A stretch of 64,000 nt of DNA from an uncultured Nitrospiraceae bacterium (GTDB lineage Bacteria; Nitrospirota; Nitrospiria; Nitrospirales; Nitrospiraceae), in the NCBI GenBank assembly GCA_963846575.1, contig CAWJWJ010000002.1:1024001-1088000 (forward strand). The letters are read 5' to 3'. Below the pieces are notes generated by a model, which saw only the letters and a list, made by a program, of their open reading frames with translations, was not told the DNA's origin and did not search any database. The translations under genes and the position numbers were made by a program. Below, piece after piece: positions 1-10,489 of this stretch. Each line of letters starts with the position of its first letter. The stretch's first letter is position 1.

Positions 1-2
1 AG

Positions 3-569
3 TCCGTCGAAGGCATGGCTGCTCCGCAATATGCGGACGCAGAGGTCCAGGCCATCAGGACCTTGTACGGCGGACGACTCTTGATGAACAAGCAGTTCTC
101 CACGGCCACCCTCGAGGAAGAAATCAAGGATCAGGATGTGGGCATCGTCCACGTGGTCTCGCACACGGTCGTCGCGAACGATCCACGGGAATCGTTCGTG
201 CTGGCCCATGACGGTCGCATTACCATGGATCGGCTGGCCCAACTCGTGGGACTGCAACAATACCGACAACAACCGCTCAATCTTCTGACTCTCAGCGCCT
301 GTGAAACTCCGGCCGACGATGACCGTGCGGCACTCGGCCTGACCGGTATTGCGGTGAAGACTGGCGCAAGAACCGCATTGGCTTCGCTGTGGATCGCGGA
401 GGATGAGACCACATCCGAGCTGATCACCGAATTTTATCGACAGTTGCAGGATCCCGGGACTTCGAAGGCAGTTGCCCTGCAGCGGGCTCAGCAAAAGATC
501 CTGGCGCAACGCGGTCACGGCCATCCAAGCTATTGGGCAGCCTTTCTGTTAATCAACAACTGGATGTGA
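3..569 (+). CDS. CHAT (caspase-like) domain protein, C-terminal part; 5' end outside window
   Basis: IVHVVSH, LLTLSACET, ASLW, FY, ALQRAQ and HPSYWAAFLL motifs typical of CHAT domains; frame open to window start. Confidence 0.85.
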   Translation, partial: SVEGMAAPQYADAEVQAIRTLYGGRLLMNKQFSTATLEEEIKDQDVGIVHVVSHTVVANDPRESFVLAHDGRITMDRLAQLVGLQQYRQQPLNLLTLSACETPADDDRAALGLTGIAVKTGARTALASLWIAEDETTSELITEFYRQLQDPGTSKAVALQRAQQKILAQRGHGHPSYWAAFLLINNWM

Positions 570-711
570 TCAGGAAGCTGCTTCTGATCGCTGAGGCTCA
601 GTGCGGTCCGTTCGCAGGCTGGAATGGATAGCAGGCGATATTCCGAAGGCTTCAACCCCGGAAGTCGTGATGCTGATGAACCGGAAGACGCAGGCGGGAC
701 CGCTCAGGATG

Positions 712-1386
712 TTACAGTTTCTTTCCGGTCATGATCTCGTAGGCTTCCTCAATCGTGCCGACTTCTCGAACCCAAACATTCGATTCAATATTGAACGCCA
801 CTCGATTGATTCGAGGGGCGTAGAACTGACCCCTCGGAACCAACAGCATGCGGTATCCTGCACGAGCCGCTGCCGTCGTCTTCTCAGCTACCTGCGTGAC
901 GTGACCGATCGTACCATCATTTTCCAATGTGCCGGTGATTGTGATTTCCTTGCTCAACGTATCTCCCTTGAGCAATGCCAGAAAACCGATAGTCAAACCG
1001 GCTTCTGCAGTTGAGCCTTCCTGGCTGAGCGGCCCGGCAAACGAGGCATACAGGGAGACGACACCGGTCGGACGGACCGACGGGGCGAGACGCCCTACCG
1101 CAAACCGGAACGCGCGGTGAATGGAGCCCATGCCGGCGCCTCTCACGGGCACTTGGCTCCTTCCCCATCGCAAGGCCAACGGGTCCGGCTGGTTCCCCTC
1201 GTCCCATTTCATCACGAAGGTGGGAAATCCTGCGTGATGGTCGATGGCGATCGTGAGGGAGATCGGCACTGTGACGGTTCGACTGGCGGAAGCTGCGGGG
1301 GCAAGCAGTAGCAGGAAGCCAATCAGGGACGTCATGACGACAGTAATTGTCGATGTGAACGACGGATGGATAGTGATTGTGCGCAT
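712..1386 (-). CDS. Secreted stand-alone Lon protease C-terminal (S16) domain protein
   Basis: Signal-peptide-like N-terminus; ITGTL..DGTIGHV..V.EK..AA..AG motif of Lon_C. Confidence 0.75.
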   Translation of the reverse strand: MRTITIHPSFTSTITVVMTSLIGFLLLLAPAASASRTVTVPISLTIAIDHHAGFPTFVMKWDEGNQPDPLALRWGRSQVPVRGAGMGSIHRAFRFAVGRLAPSVRPTGVVSLYASFAGPLSQEGSTAEAGLTIGFLALLKGDTLSKEITITGTLENDGTIGHVTQVAEKTTAAARAGYRMLLVPRGQFYAPRINRVAFNIESNVWVREVGTIEEAYEIMTGKKL

Positions 1387-1667
1387 GAATCAAGTCTAGA
1401 TGAGGGTTGTCGATTGTCAAATGGAGGCCGGCCAACCCTCACGCACGCCCCTGGTCCCCGTCAGGCGCTGCTGGCATGAGTCAGGTAAACCGCGAAGATT
1501 ACAGTATTCTTGTCGCTGCCCCTGCCGATTCCCTACTGAAAAATCCAGCCGGACGAATCACCGCAGTCTAGGATGTCTCTTGCACGATGCGCATGGTACT
1601 CTGAGACCGTTTTCATCACGACAGTGCGGTCACCAGGGTCGAGAAGGCGCGAGAAACATGCATGCCC

Positions 1668-2531
1668 ATGTCTGAACAGCGCACGGTGGTCATCACCGGG
1701 GCCTCTTCGGGAATCGGAGCGGCCTGTGCGCGATATCTTGACGCACGCGGGTTCACGGTCTGGGCCGGCGTCCGGCGCAAGGAGGACGGAGAGGAGCTTG
1801 CACGTTTGAGTTCGACCCGTCTCCGTGTGCTCATGCTCGATGTGACGAGTGAGGGGTCGATCGCTGAGGCCGCCCGGATGCTCACGGACAGGCTTGGCGA
1901 GGCGGGGCTGTCAGGCCTGGTGAACAATGCCGGCATCTCCGTTGCAGGACCTATGGAACTGCTGCCCCTTTCTGACGTGCGCGCTCAATTCGAAGTCAAT
2001 GTCATCGGCGTGCTGGCGATGACTCAGGCATTGTTGCCATTGTTGAGGAGAGGGCAGGGGCGTCTCGTCAATATCAGCTCGATTGCGGGAAGAGCGTCGA
2101 CTCCGTTTCTCGGTGCCTACTGCGGCTCGAAGTTTGCGCTCGAGGCGATGAGCGACGCCTTGCGCTTGGAACTGGCACCATGGGGGATCGCGGTTTCCCT
2201 GGTGGAGCCAGGCGCGGTCCAGTCGCAGATCTGGGAACGTGCCTCCATGTCGGCCGACCATCTGCTTGGCGGCGTGGCGCCGGAACTGTTACGGCTCTAC
2301 GAAGCACCGATCGCGCGTATGCGCGATGTGATGGCGAGGGCGGCTGCACGTGCGATCCCGGCCGATGTCGTTGCGCAGGCCGTGACCCATGCACTGACCG
2401 CCTCCCGTCCACAGGAACGGTATCTGGTGGGTAAAGATGCGCGGTTCAGGGCCTTGCTGAAATGGATCCTTTCCGATCGTGCGCATGATCGCCTGATTGC
2501 ATGGTTCTTGGGATTGTCGCACCATGGGTAA
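1668..2531 (+). CDS. Short-chain dehydrogenase/reductase (SDR)
   Basis: TGASSGIG, NNAG and YCGSK (YxxxK) motifs. Confidence 0.93.
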   Translation: MSEQRTVVITGASSGIGAACARYLDARGFTVWAGVRRKEDGEELARLSSTRLRVLMLDVTSEGSIAEAARMLTDRLGEAGLSGLVNNAGISVAGPMELLPLSDVRAQFEVNVIGVLAMTQALLPLLRRGQGRLVNISSIAGRASTPFLGAYCGSKFALEAMSDALRLELAPWGIAVSLVEPGAVQSQIWERASMSADHLLGGVAPELLRLYEAPIARMRDVMARAAARAIPADVVAQAVTHALTASRPQERYLVGKDARFRALLKWILSDRAHDRLIAWFLGLSHHG

Positions 2532-2639
2532 GCAGTGACGATTTCCGAGACATGACCAGCCAGCTGTCCTATTTCCGGGGAGGGCGGCAGCATTTCGAAC
2601 GGAGCAAACGGGGATGCGTCAATCACGTGGAAACATCTC

Positions 2640-3062
2640 ATGTCTGAACCAGGGCTAGTGCGGTCTGCGGGTGGCGTTGTGCTACGGCAACAGGACGTCT
2701 TGCTGATTCGCGTGTCTGATCTGAAAGGCCGTGCGATCTGGTCATTCCCCAAGGGCCGGTTGGATGCCGGCGAGACTCCGGCCCAGGCCGCGATACGGGA
2801 GGTGTTGGAAGAAACAGGGTGGCGCTGCCGCATCGAGGCAGATCTGTCGACCACGGAATATTGGTTTCAACGAGAGGGCCGACGGTTCCGTAAAACGGTC
2901 GTATGGTTCAAGATGATCCCGATCGAACAAGCCGGTGTGCCTGACGGAGAAGTTGAGGATGTGCAGTGGGTGGAACGTCAGGAGGCACTCGCCCGTTTAA
3001 GTTATGCTTCGGATGTGGCCTTATTGTCTCTAGCCATGGCGCACCGACCCTCCGCTTCGTGA
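2640..3062 (+). CDS. NUDIX hydrolase
   Basis: Nudix box GRLDAGETPAQAAIREVLEETG. Confidence 0.92.
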   Translation: MSEPGLVRSAGGVVLRQQDVLLIRVSDLKGRAIWSFPKGRLDAGETPAQAAIREVLEETGWRCRIEADLSTTEYWFQREGRRFRKTVVWFKMIPIEQAGVPDGEVEDVQWVERQEALARLSYASDVALLSLAMAHRPSAS

Positions 3063-3314
3063 CCTTCCGTTCTCCGTGATAGTGTCGGTGTGGAATGTTC
3101 CAGATTCCCTTGCGTCGCAGGAGGCCCGGTGCGGCCTGCTCGTCTTGACAAGCCTTTTTCCCTTTACTAGACTCGCGCGATGATGATCTTCTGTCTCGAT
3201 CTGCAAGGTAGTGCCCGGTAACGCGCCTCACCCTCGCGCTCGGCATCATCGAACGAACGTCAGGCGACGGCACGGCCGGTATCAATCCTCAATCGTCGAT
3301 GAGAGGGTCCGTCT

Positions 3315-6300
3315 GTGTATAGTCTGGCTCGCTTTTCCTTACTGGAAATGACCGAATGTTCGGCTGTGTTGCGCCAGCTCGGAGAGCATTCCCGGTCACT
3401 GCGGGATGTCGCCGAACGCACGGTGGACTATCTGTATTCCATCCTTGGAGATCCCCATACGGGGACGCGCGATTGTGTCTTGGTTCGCTGTTTCAGGACC
3501 ATGGCTTATAGTCGTCTTGAGCCGCTGGTGCAGCAGATCGCCCGTGAAAAATTGGGCGGTCTCAGTCCCTCTCCGGACTTGAAGTGCTTCGCGTTGATCG
3601 CAACGGCTGGTGAACAGCCGGATTGGAATCGGGTTGAATTGTCACATCATTATCGGGTGATCCCGATGGTCAATGCCGATTTCGTCAAACAATTCCCGAT
3701 GTTCTCCCAGCTCCTGCATCAGTTCGGTGTGCCCGCGGCTTTCGACGTGACCCCTCATGCCGAATGCCTGGTCGATCTCGAAGAGAAAACCTACAACGTC
3801 TTTTATGTGCCGGACGCCCTGGACAGTCCCTACGTACCCGTCCAGGAGGAGTTTGTCCGGAAGCATGGGGTGAAGTCAGTCCTGTGTTTCGGCGGCATGT
3901 TACCCTCGCGGGATTTGTTTGCCGTGATTTTGTTTTCGAAAACTGCGGTGCCCCGTGAGACGGCGACGCTGTGCAAGTCGTTGGCGCTCAGCATGAAGAC
4001 CTCACTGCTGGCCTTCGATGAAAGGGCTGAAGAAGAGCCCGGAACGGAGAGGCGATCAGCAATGCCGGTCGGAGCGAGCCCGGACCGCGCGCTGACGGCC
4101 AGACAGCAATCCCGCATCGGGGTTGCCGAACAGTTGCTGCAGGTCTATGAAGACGCGGTTCGGACTCAATCGGCCGGCATTGCGCAAGCCCAGCAAGCGT
4201 TTCGGGACCGGGCCGATGCGCTGGAGCGATCCGAACGTGCATTGCATGAGCAGACTCGAATCGTGAACTCCATTCTGCGAAGTATGGGTGACGGCGTAGT
4301 AGTCACGGATGAAGGGGGCAGGTTAGTGGTCGCGAACCCGGCCATCGAGAGTATCCTGGGATTTTCCCCGGGGACCGTGCCTCCTATCGAATGGCCTCAG
4401 CACTATCAATTTTTCCATGCCGACATGGTGACCCCGTTTCAACGACACGAATGGCCGTTGGTCCGCGCGCTGGAGGGAGAGAAAATCGATTGGCTGGAAG
4501 TGTACATCCGGGCTTCGCACGATGCGCCAGGGCGCTGGATCAGCATCAATGCTCGATCGATGACGGACGATGACGGCACGGTGCGAGGGACCGTGGCGGT
4601 GTTTCATGACATCACCTGGCTCAAACGGGCGCAGGATGCCCTCTCTGAATCTGAAGACCGATTCCGTAGTGTAGTGGAGGGCGCGCGGGACATCATTTTC
4701 ACCATTTCCGTGGATCGTACCGTGACCTCGCTCAATCCTGCCTTCGAGTCGGTCACCGCCTGGCCGCGTTCGCAATGGATCGGAGAGCCGTTAGTCGACC
4801 TCTTGCATCCTGACGACACCGGCTTTTGTCAGGATGTCGTGCAGGCCATACTCGAACGCGGGGCGCCGCTGACCTGTTCCATGCGAATTCGTATGAAATC
4901 CGGCGGGTACATTACGGGAGAATTCGTGGGAACTCCCCAAATCCTGCAGGGCCGGGTGGTCGGCGTGTTGGGTATCATCCGGGATGTCACGGAACGGCGG
5001 CGGATCGAAGACGCATTACGCATCAGCGAAGAACGGCTGCGGTCCATTGTTCAGTCGACGACTGATGCCATCGTGCTGGTGAATGTGCAGATGAAAGTGG
5101 CCTTCTGGAACAAAGGCGCGGAAGAGATTTTCGGCTATGGAGCCGAGGACATCATCGGGCAGCCGGCGACCACCTTCATACAAGGCCGGCATCATGAGCA
5201 GTTGGAACGTCATGTGCAGTACGTGCGATTGCTCCATGGCCCGCACCTGGCGAACAGGACCCTGGAACTGGTGGGGAGGCGAAAGGCCGGCAGCGAATTT
5301 CCGCTGGAGTTGAGTGTGACATCCTGGAAAGGGAAGGCGGATCTTTTTTTTACGATCATTATGCGCGATATTAGTGAACGGCGGTCAGCAGAACAGCAAC
5401 TGGATCGCTTGCATCACCACAATCAGGTTGTGCTGAACTCCGCAGGCGAGGGGATCTACGGATTGGATCGTGACGGCCGCCTGACGTTTGTTAATCCGGC
5501 GGCAGCCAAAATGTTCGGTTGGGAGGCCCAGGCCCTGATCGGCCAATCGCTCCATGCCCTGGTGCAGGCGGCGGATTCCCGTGAGGTGCCGTTGGCGGAT
5601 CAGGGATGTCCCATTGTGGAGACGATTACGAAAGGCGACCTGCGGGAACATGTGGATAGTACCTTCTGGAGAAAAGACGGAACCAGTTTTCCCGTTGAGT
5701 ATGTCAGTACGCCGATTCACGAGCGGGGGGAGATCGTCGGGGCCGTGGTCGTGTTCAAAGATACGACAGAGCGCAAACGTGCGGAGGCGCAGTTGCAGGA
5801 CTCATTGCGGCGGTTGCGAAAACTTTCGGGCCGGATGGAGGGAATTCGAGAGGAAGAGCGAGGACGCATCGCGCGTGAATTGCACGATGAACTGGGCGTC
5901 GGATTGACCTGCCTGAAGATCGATCTGTCTCGACTGGGCGGGCTGATCGGGGAACGTCTGACATCGCGGGACCGTGCCAAGGTGGACGAAAAAGTCCGGG
6001 GCATGAAAGAACAGATCGATAGCACGATCACTTCCGTCCAACGGATCGTGGCGGAATTGCGCCCCGGCGTGCTCGATGACCTGGGGCTGGTGGCGGCGAT
6101 CGAATGGCAATGCCGTGACTTCCAACGGCGCACCGGGATGGTATGTTGCTGTACCGTCAGTCATGAAGATTTACGGGTGAACCCCGAGCATGCCACGGCG
6201 GTCTTCCGGATCTGTCAGGAGGCGCTGACCAATGTGACACGCCATGCTCATGCGACTGAGGTGCACGTGCGGTTGGACGACGAAGGCGTGGGGTTGATGT

Positions 6301-6467
6301 TGCAGGTGAAGGACAACGGCCGGGGCATTCCGCCTGATCGGCTGACTGGTGCCAAGTCGTTCGGCCTCTTAGGCATGCGTGAACGCGCCGGGTTGCTGGG
6401 CGGAGACGTACAGATCATTACCCGCGAAGGCGAAGGGACCACGATCCTGCTCCATTTGCCTCGGTGA
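3315..6467 (+). CDS. Cytoplasmic multi-PAS sensor histidine kinase (HisKA_3/NarX-UhpB type)
   Basis: Four PAS/PAC repeats ending DIT/DVTER/DISER/DTTER; ERGRIARELHDELG H-box; QEALTNV, DNGRG, GLLGMRER ATPase motifs; no TM segments seen. Confidence 0.93.
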   Translation: MYSLARFSLLEMTECSAVLRQLGEHSRSLRDVAERTVDYLYSILGDPHTGTRDCVLVRCFRTMAYSRLEPLVQQIAREKLGGLSPSPDLKCFALIATAGEQPDWNRVELSHHYRVIPMVNADFVKQFPMFSQLLHQFGVPAAFDVTPHAECLVDLEEKTYNVFYVPDALDSPYVPVQEEFVRKHGVKSVLCFGGMLPSRDLFAVILFSKTAVPRETATLCKSLALSMKTSLLAFDERAEEEPGTERRSAMPVGASPDRALTARQQSRIGVAEQLLQVYEDAVRTQSAGIAQAQQAFRDRADALERSERALHEQTRIVNSILRSMGDGVVVTDEGGRLVVANPAIESILGFSPGTVPPIEWPQHYQFFHADMVTPFQRHEWPLVRALEGEKIDWLEVYIRASHDAPGRWISINARSMTDDDGTVRGTVAVFHDITWLKRAQDALSESEDRFRSVVEGARDIIFTISVDRTVTSLNPAFESVTAWPRSQWIGEPLVDLLHPDDTGFCQDVVQAILERGAPLTCSMRIRMKSGGYITGEFVGTPQILQGRVVGVLGIIRDVTERRRIEDALRISEERLRSIVQSTTDAIVLVNVQMKVAFWNKGAEEIFGYGAEDIIGQPATTFIQGRHHEQLERHVQYVRLLHGPHLANRTLELVGRRKAGSEFPLELSVTSWKGKADLFFTIIMRDISERRSAEQQLDRLHHHNQVVLNSAGEGIYGLDRDGRLTFVNPAAAKMFGWEAQALIGQSLHALVQAADSREVPLADQGCPIVETITKGDLREHVDSTFWRKDGTSFPVEYVSTPIHERGEIVGAVVVFKDTTERKRAEAQLQDSLRRLRKLSGRMEGIREEERGRIARELHDELGVGLTCLKIDLSRLGGLIGERLTSRDRAKVDEKVRGMKEQIDSTITSVQRIVAELRPGVLDDLGLVAAIEWQCRDFQRRTGMVCCCTVSHEDLRVNPEHATAVFRICQEALTNVTRHAHATEVHVRLDDEGVGLMLQVKDNGRGIPPDRLTGAKSFGLLGMRERAGLLGGDVQIITREGEGTTILLHLPR

Positions 6468-6486
6468 GAAGGAGAGCTCTGGAATC

Positions 6487-7146
6487 ATGGGAACGACAGT
6501 GCGAACAACAGCAGCGGTGCGGATTCTGGTCGTCGACGATCACCCCTCCTTCCGTCGCGGCGTAAAGGATATTCTCGAGGAAGGATTTGAAGGAGCACGG
6601 ATGGCAGAGTGCGGGAACGCCCAGGAAATGCTCGATCACGTCCGCGATCATACCTATGATCTGGTGGTGATGGACATCAGTATGCCGGGAAGAAGCGGTC
6701 CCGAAGCGCTGAAGGAACTGAAGCAGCTTGCCCCGACGTTGCCGGTCTTGATCCTGAGTATGCATCCCGAGGACCAGTATGCCATTCGCATGTTCAAAGC
6801 GGGTGCGGCGGGATACTTGACCAAGGCGAGTGCGCCGGAAGAGTTGGTGCATGCCGCGAAAAAGGTGCTGGCCGGGGGGCAATATGTCAGTGCCTCCGTA
6901 GGAGAGGCCCTGGCGCTCACGGTCAGGAGTGGGGTCGATAAGTTGCCGCATGAGCGATTGTCGGATCGAGAGTACGAGGTTCTCTGCCTGATTGCCTCCG
7001 GGCAGACCGTTAGCGACATCGCCGAAAATATTCATCTCAGCGTAACGACGATCAGCACCTATCGGGCCAGAATTTTGGACAAGATGAGTCTAAAGAATAA
7101 TGCGGAGTTGACCCGGTATGCCTTACAGCATGGCCTGGTCGTTTAA
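6487..7146 (+). CDS. NarL/LuxR-family (UvrY/GacA-like) response regulator
   Basis: VVDDH...MDISMPG...K receiver; LSDREYEV...HTH; AAGGAG upstream; adjacent to kinase. Confidence 0.93.
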   Translation: MGTTVRTTAAVRILVVDDHPSFRRGVKDILEEGFEGARMAECGNAQEMLDHVRDHTYDLVVMDISMPGRSGPEALKELKQLAPTLPVLILSMHPEDQYAIRMFKAGAAGYLTKASAPEELVHAAKKVLAGGQYVSASVGEALALTVRSGVDKLPHERLSDREYEVLCLIASGQTVSDIAENIHLSVTTISTYRARILDKMSLKNNAELTRYALQHGLVV

Positions 7147-7493
7147 TAGTCAAATGTCGTCGAATAAACCATGACAGAGTCATGGGTAAATATGTGACAT
7201 CGGAATCCGACACCTGCTGATAGTCCCTCCCTCGCGCCCACTGTATTGTCCCCTCATGCAGCATCCTGGATCTCAAGCGGGTCGAGCCTCCCGGTCGTTT
7301 GTCAGGCTGTCCTTGGAAGTGGATCATCCGAGCGTTTCCTCCTGGTTCGTTCGGTCTGGATCCTTTTAGGTCGACGCCCGCCCTTTCCAGGCTTTTGCGA
7401 GTTTGCATGGTGGAGCCCGCTCAAGGAACATCGGCTCCGACATGTGATGGCCATTATTAATGGACATTCGGACCGGCCGGAAAGGGGGCATGT

Positions 7494-7883
7494 ATGGTGC
7501 GACTGACAAATCTCAGGGACAGAAGTCCCGCCAAACGCCCGAAGGTTGCCGTGGTTCATGAAGACGTATCGACGGGCTTTCGCTTTGCTGATTGGTTCGC
7601 CCAGCGCGGATATCAACCCACGCTGACATCGATGGTGCCGCAACTGGAGCGCAACCTGTTGGAACTCCACCCCGACGTCATTGTGGTCGGCTTGTCCGGC
7701 ATGCCCACGCTGCTTCACAGCACCGTGCCCCGTCTCAGAACCACCTGTCCGCATGTGCCGATTATCGCGGTTGTGGAGGAAGGCCTGACGGATTGGCGGC
7801 CCGGCCCTGATTCAGATTTGATCAACACACTTGGTGCAGGGGTCTTCATGTGCCGCTCTCTTGACCCGTTGGCGGCCCAGTAG
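7494..7883 (+). CDS. Hypothetical protein, degenerate receiver-like domain
   Basis: KVAVVHED...HPDVIVVGLS...CPHVPIIAV resembles a CheY fold without the phospho-Asp; AAGGGG RBS. Confidence 0.5.
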   Translation: MVRLTNLRDRSPAKRPKVAVVHEDVSTGFRFADWFAQRGYQPTLTSMVPQLERNLLELHPDVIVVGLSGMPTLLHSTVPRLRTTCPHVPIIAVVEEGLTDWRPGPDSDLINTLGAGVFMCRSLDPLAAQ

Positions 7884-7987
7884 GATTCGTTTTTCCGTAC
7901 GAAGTTATTCGATTCACATGGAATGAAAGCGGGACGATGGAGCGATCGTCGCATAGTGACCAGCTGGTGGAGTGAGAAAGGAGCCGT

Positions 7988-9403
7988 ATGGTGTCGAAAC
8001 CGAAGGTCTTACTCGTTGAGGACGATGAAACGATCGCCACTGCACTCCGTTCTGCGATGGAAAACGAGTGCACGATACTTATCAGTGGACGAGCTCAGGT
8101 TTCTGAGACCGCGGGACAGGAACCAGAACCGCTCGTCACGTTGGTGGACCTGGAGTCCCCATCTTGCCCGGACCCTGAAGAGGGCCTCCGCATCCTGCGA
8201 GAGAGGCAGCGGGCAGGGCATAGCGGAAAACTTATTGTCTATACCGGCAGCCCTGATCGTCGCGTGGCCATTCAGGCTGTCCGCCATGGAGCCGCTGAAA
8301 TCCTTTCCAAACCGCTGGACATGACGCTCCTCAAAGAAATCATGAGGCGGGCCCTGCGAATGGCCGATCTGGAACAGGAAGCGCGCGCAGGCCAAACCGC
8401 AAGCCATCATGAAGAAGTTGCAGGGATGCTGGGCACCAGTTCGAGCATTCACCGGATTTTTGAGGCGATCAGGAAGGTCTCGACGAACGACGCACCGATA
8501 TTGATTACAGGCGAAAGCGGAACGGGCAAGGAACTGACCGCAAAGGCGATTCACGAACGAGGCTCACGCAAACGGGCGCCGTTCATTACCATCAATTGCG
8601 GGGCGATTCCTGAGAGCCTCCTGGAAGCGGAAATGTTTGGTGACGAGCGGAGTGTTTCTCCGGCAGTTGAGGGTCGGACAAAGGGAAAGGTCGAACTCGC
8701 TGATGGGGGAACCCTGTTTCTGGACGACGTGGGAGAGCTGCCCCTGTTGCTACAGGGCAAAGTGCTGCGGTTGTTACAGGACCGCACGTTTGAGCGAAGC
8801 GGCGGCCGGCAGCGCCATGAAGTGAACGTCCGCGTCATTGCGGCCACCAAGGTGAACCTTCAGGAATCCATTGAGAAGGGTACATTTCGAGAGGATCTCT
8901 ACCATCGGCTTGGAGTGGTGCATATCAACGTACCCCCTTTACGGGAACGAGGCGAAGACACCGTGCATATCGCCACAGCCTTTCTTCGCCATGCCTCGGC
9001 TCATCACGGCAAGTCCATTCATGGATTCACCCGGGAAGCCTTGGAGGCAATGCAGCTCTACTCATGGCCAGGGAATGTTCGAGAATTGTCCGAGAGGGTT
9101 GGGCGCGCCGTGGTGATGGCGGCAGGCACTCACATCAGACCCGCAGATCTGGACATACCTTGCCAGCTCGCGCACCAGAATCAGGGATCGATTTCTCTCA
9201 AAATCAACCAGCAGCGAATCGAGACTGACCTCATCATGAAGGCGTTCACGCTCTCCCATGGGAACCTGAGTCGCGCCGCTCACGAACTCGGGATCAGTCG
9301 CTCCACTCTCTATCGACGCCTGCGTCAATATGGCATGGATCGTACGCTTGATGCGCGCAGGATCCCCGGTGTCTCACCCCGAGCCTGGATGGCTGATCAC
9401 TGA
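7988..9403 (+). CDS. Sigma54-type (NtrC/PrsR-like) response regulator with atypical AAA+ domain
   Basis: Receiver; GESGTGKE Walker A; FREDLYHRL; WPGNVREL; Fis-type HTH; AGGAG RBS. Confidence 0.9.
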   Translation: MVSKPKVLLVEDDETIATALRSAMENECTILISGRAQVSETAGQEPEPLVTLVDLESPSCPDPEEGLRILRERQRAGHSGKLIVYTGSPDRRVAIQAVRHGAAEILSKPLDMTLLKEIMRRALRMADLEQEARAGQTASHHEEVAGMLGTSSSIHRIFEAIRKVSTNDAPILITGESGTGKELTAKAIHERGSRKRAPFITINCGAIPESLLEAEMFGDERSVSPAVEGRTKGKVELADGGTLFLDDVGELPLLLQGKVLRLLQDRTFERSGGRQRHEVNVRVIAATKVNLQESIEKGTFREDLYHRLGVVHINVPPLRERGEDTVHIATAFLRHASAHHGKSIHGFTREALEAMQLYSWPGNVRELSERVGRAVVMAAGTHIRPADLDIPCQLAHQNQGSISLKINQQRIETDLIMKAFTLSHGNLSRAAHELGISRSTLYRRLRQYGMDRTLDARRIPGVSPRAWMADH

Positions 9404-9712
9404 GAGGGAGATGGGTTGCAGGTTGAACCGTAAGGTTTTGATAACCTGTACGACCGGCGAAGCGAAAAGTGTAAAATGGTTGACCGTTTCACAGGTATTT
9501 GTTAAGTACTAGCTTCCATATACAGGACCATCCTCGTGCGTTCCGAGGCGTTGGGAGGAGATCCCCTGATGGATCTCCCTGAGACGCATCTCCTTGAGAA
9601 ACATTTTCAAAGGAAGGGTGGGCGACCGGCCCATCTGCGTCCTGTCGCTTCCGTTTCGGATGGACGCCCTGACGAACAGGCCGTCGTCCGAAACCAACGT
9701 AGGAGAACAGCA

Positions 9713-10279
9713 ATGTCATCTGAGGCCCCATTCCTCTGGACTCGACGAGATCTTTTGCGCACCAGCGCGGTGGGAATGGCGCTGGCGGCCGTACGTCTGG
9801 CCCTTCCGCTCGATACCTGGGCGGCGCGGCTCCCCGAAGGCCGCGTGAGTCTTTACAACCTCCAGACGGACGAACGATTGTCCGTCACATACCGAACCGA
9901 AAGCGGCACCTATGATCAAGGGGCGCTGAACGATCTCAACCATCTCCTGAGGTGCCATCACACCAATGAATCGACCATTATGGACGTGCGGCTCATTGAG
10001 TTCGTGAGTCTGGTCCAACGCCGGATCGGCGGTCGTCGCGATGTGCACATCGTATCCGGCTATCGTTCGCCAGAATACAACGAGCAGTTGATCAGAATGG
10101 GCACTCGTGCGGCCCGCAATAGTTACCACGTGTTAGGCCAGGCCATGGACGTGCAGATGCCCGGTGTGCCACTGCGTACCCTCCGTGAGGTCGCATTGCG
10201 ATATAGATGCGGAGGCGTGGGCTACTATCCGCGCGGCAAGTTTGTCCACCTTGATTCCGGTCCGTTTCGATATTGGTAA
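9713..10279 (+). CDS. YcbK/DUF882 (M15-family, MepK-like) peptidoglycan peptidase with Tat-like signal
   Basis: TRRDLL Tat-like motif; SGYRSPEYN, SYH..GQAMD, GGVGYYP..FVHLDSG; AGGAG RBS before ATG 9713. Confidence 0.88.
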   Translation: MSSEAPFLWTRRDLLRTSAVGMALAAVRLALPLDTWAARLPEGRVSLYNLQTDERLSVTYRTESGTYDQGALNDLNHLLRCHHTNESTIMDVRLIEFVSLVQRRIGGRRDVHIVSGYRSPEYNEQLIRMGTRAARNSYHVLGQAMDVQMPGVPLRTLREVALRYRCGGVGYYPRGKFVHLDSGPFRYW

Positions 10280-10489
10280 TCCGCACAGTCGGCTCCTCTG
10301 GCTCTTCCTCGATCGAGTGCTCTCCCTCCGCCGGCCCCGGCTGAACCATGATGTGAGTAGCACCATTGCGTAGAAGGGATTCCTTCCTGGTATTTGCATG
10401 ACACCCTCGCATTCGCGTGGTAGGGTGGTTTCGCCCGGTCGGCAATAGAAGCGCTTGACGGTGAGATGTGCGAGCAAGGAGTAACGAGC

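Noticed and set aside
601..1014. 137-aa + strand ORF
   Set aside because: Overlaps the Lon-C gene on the opposite strand; no motifs or RBS.
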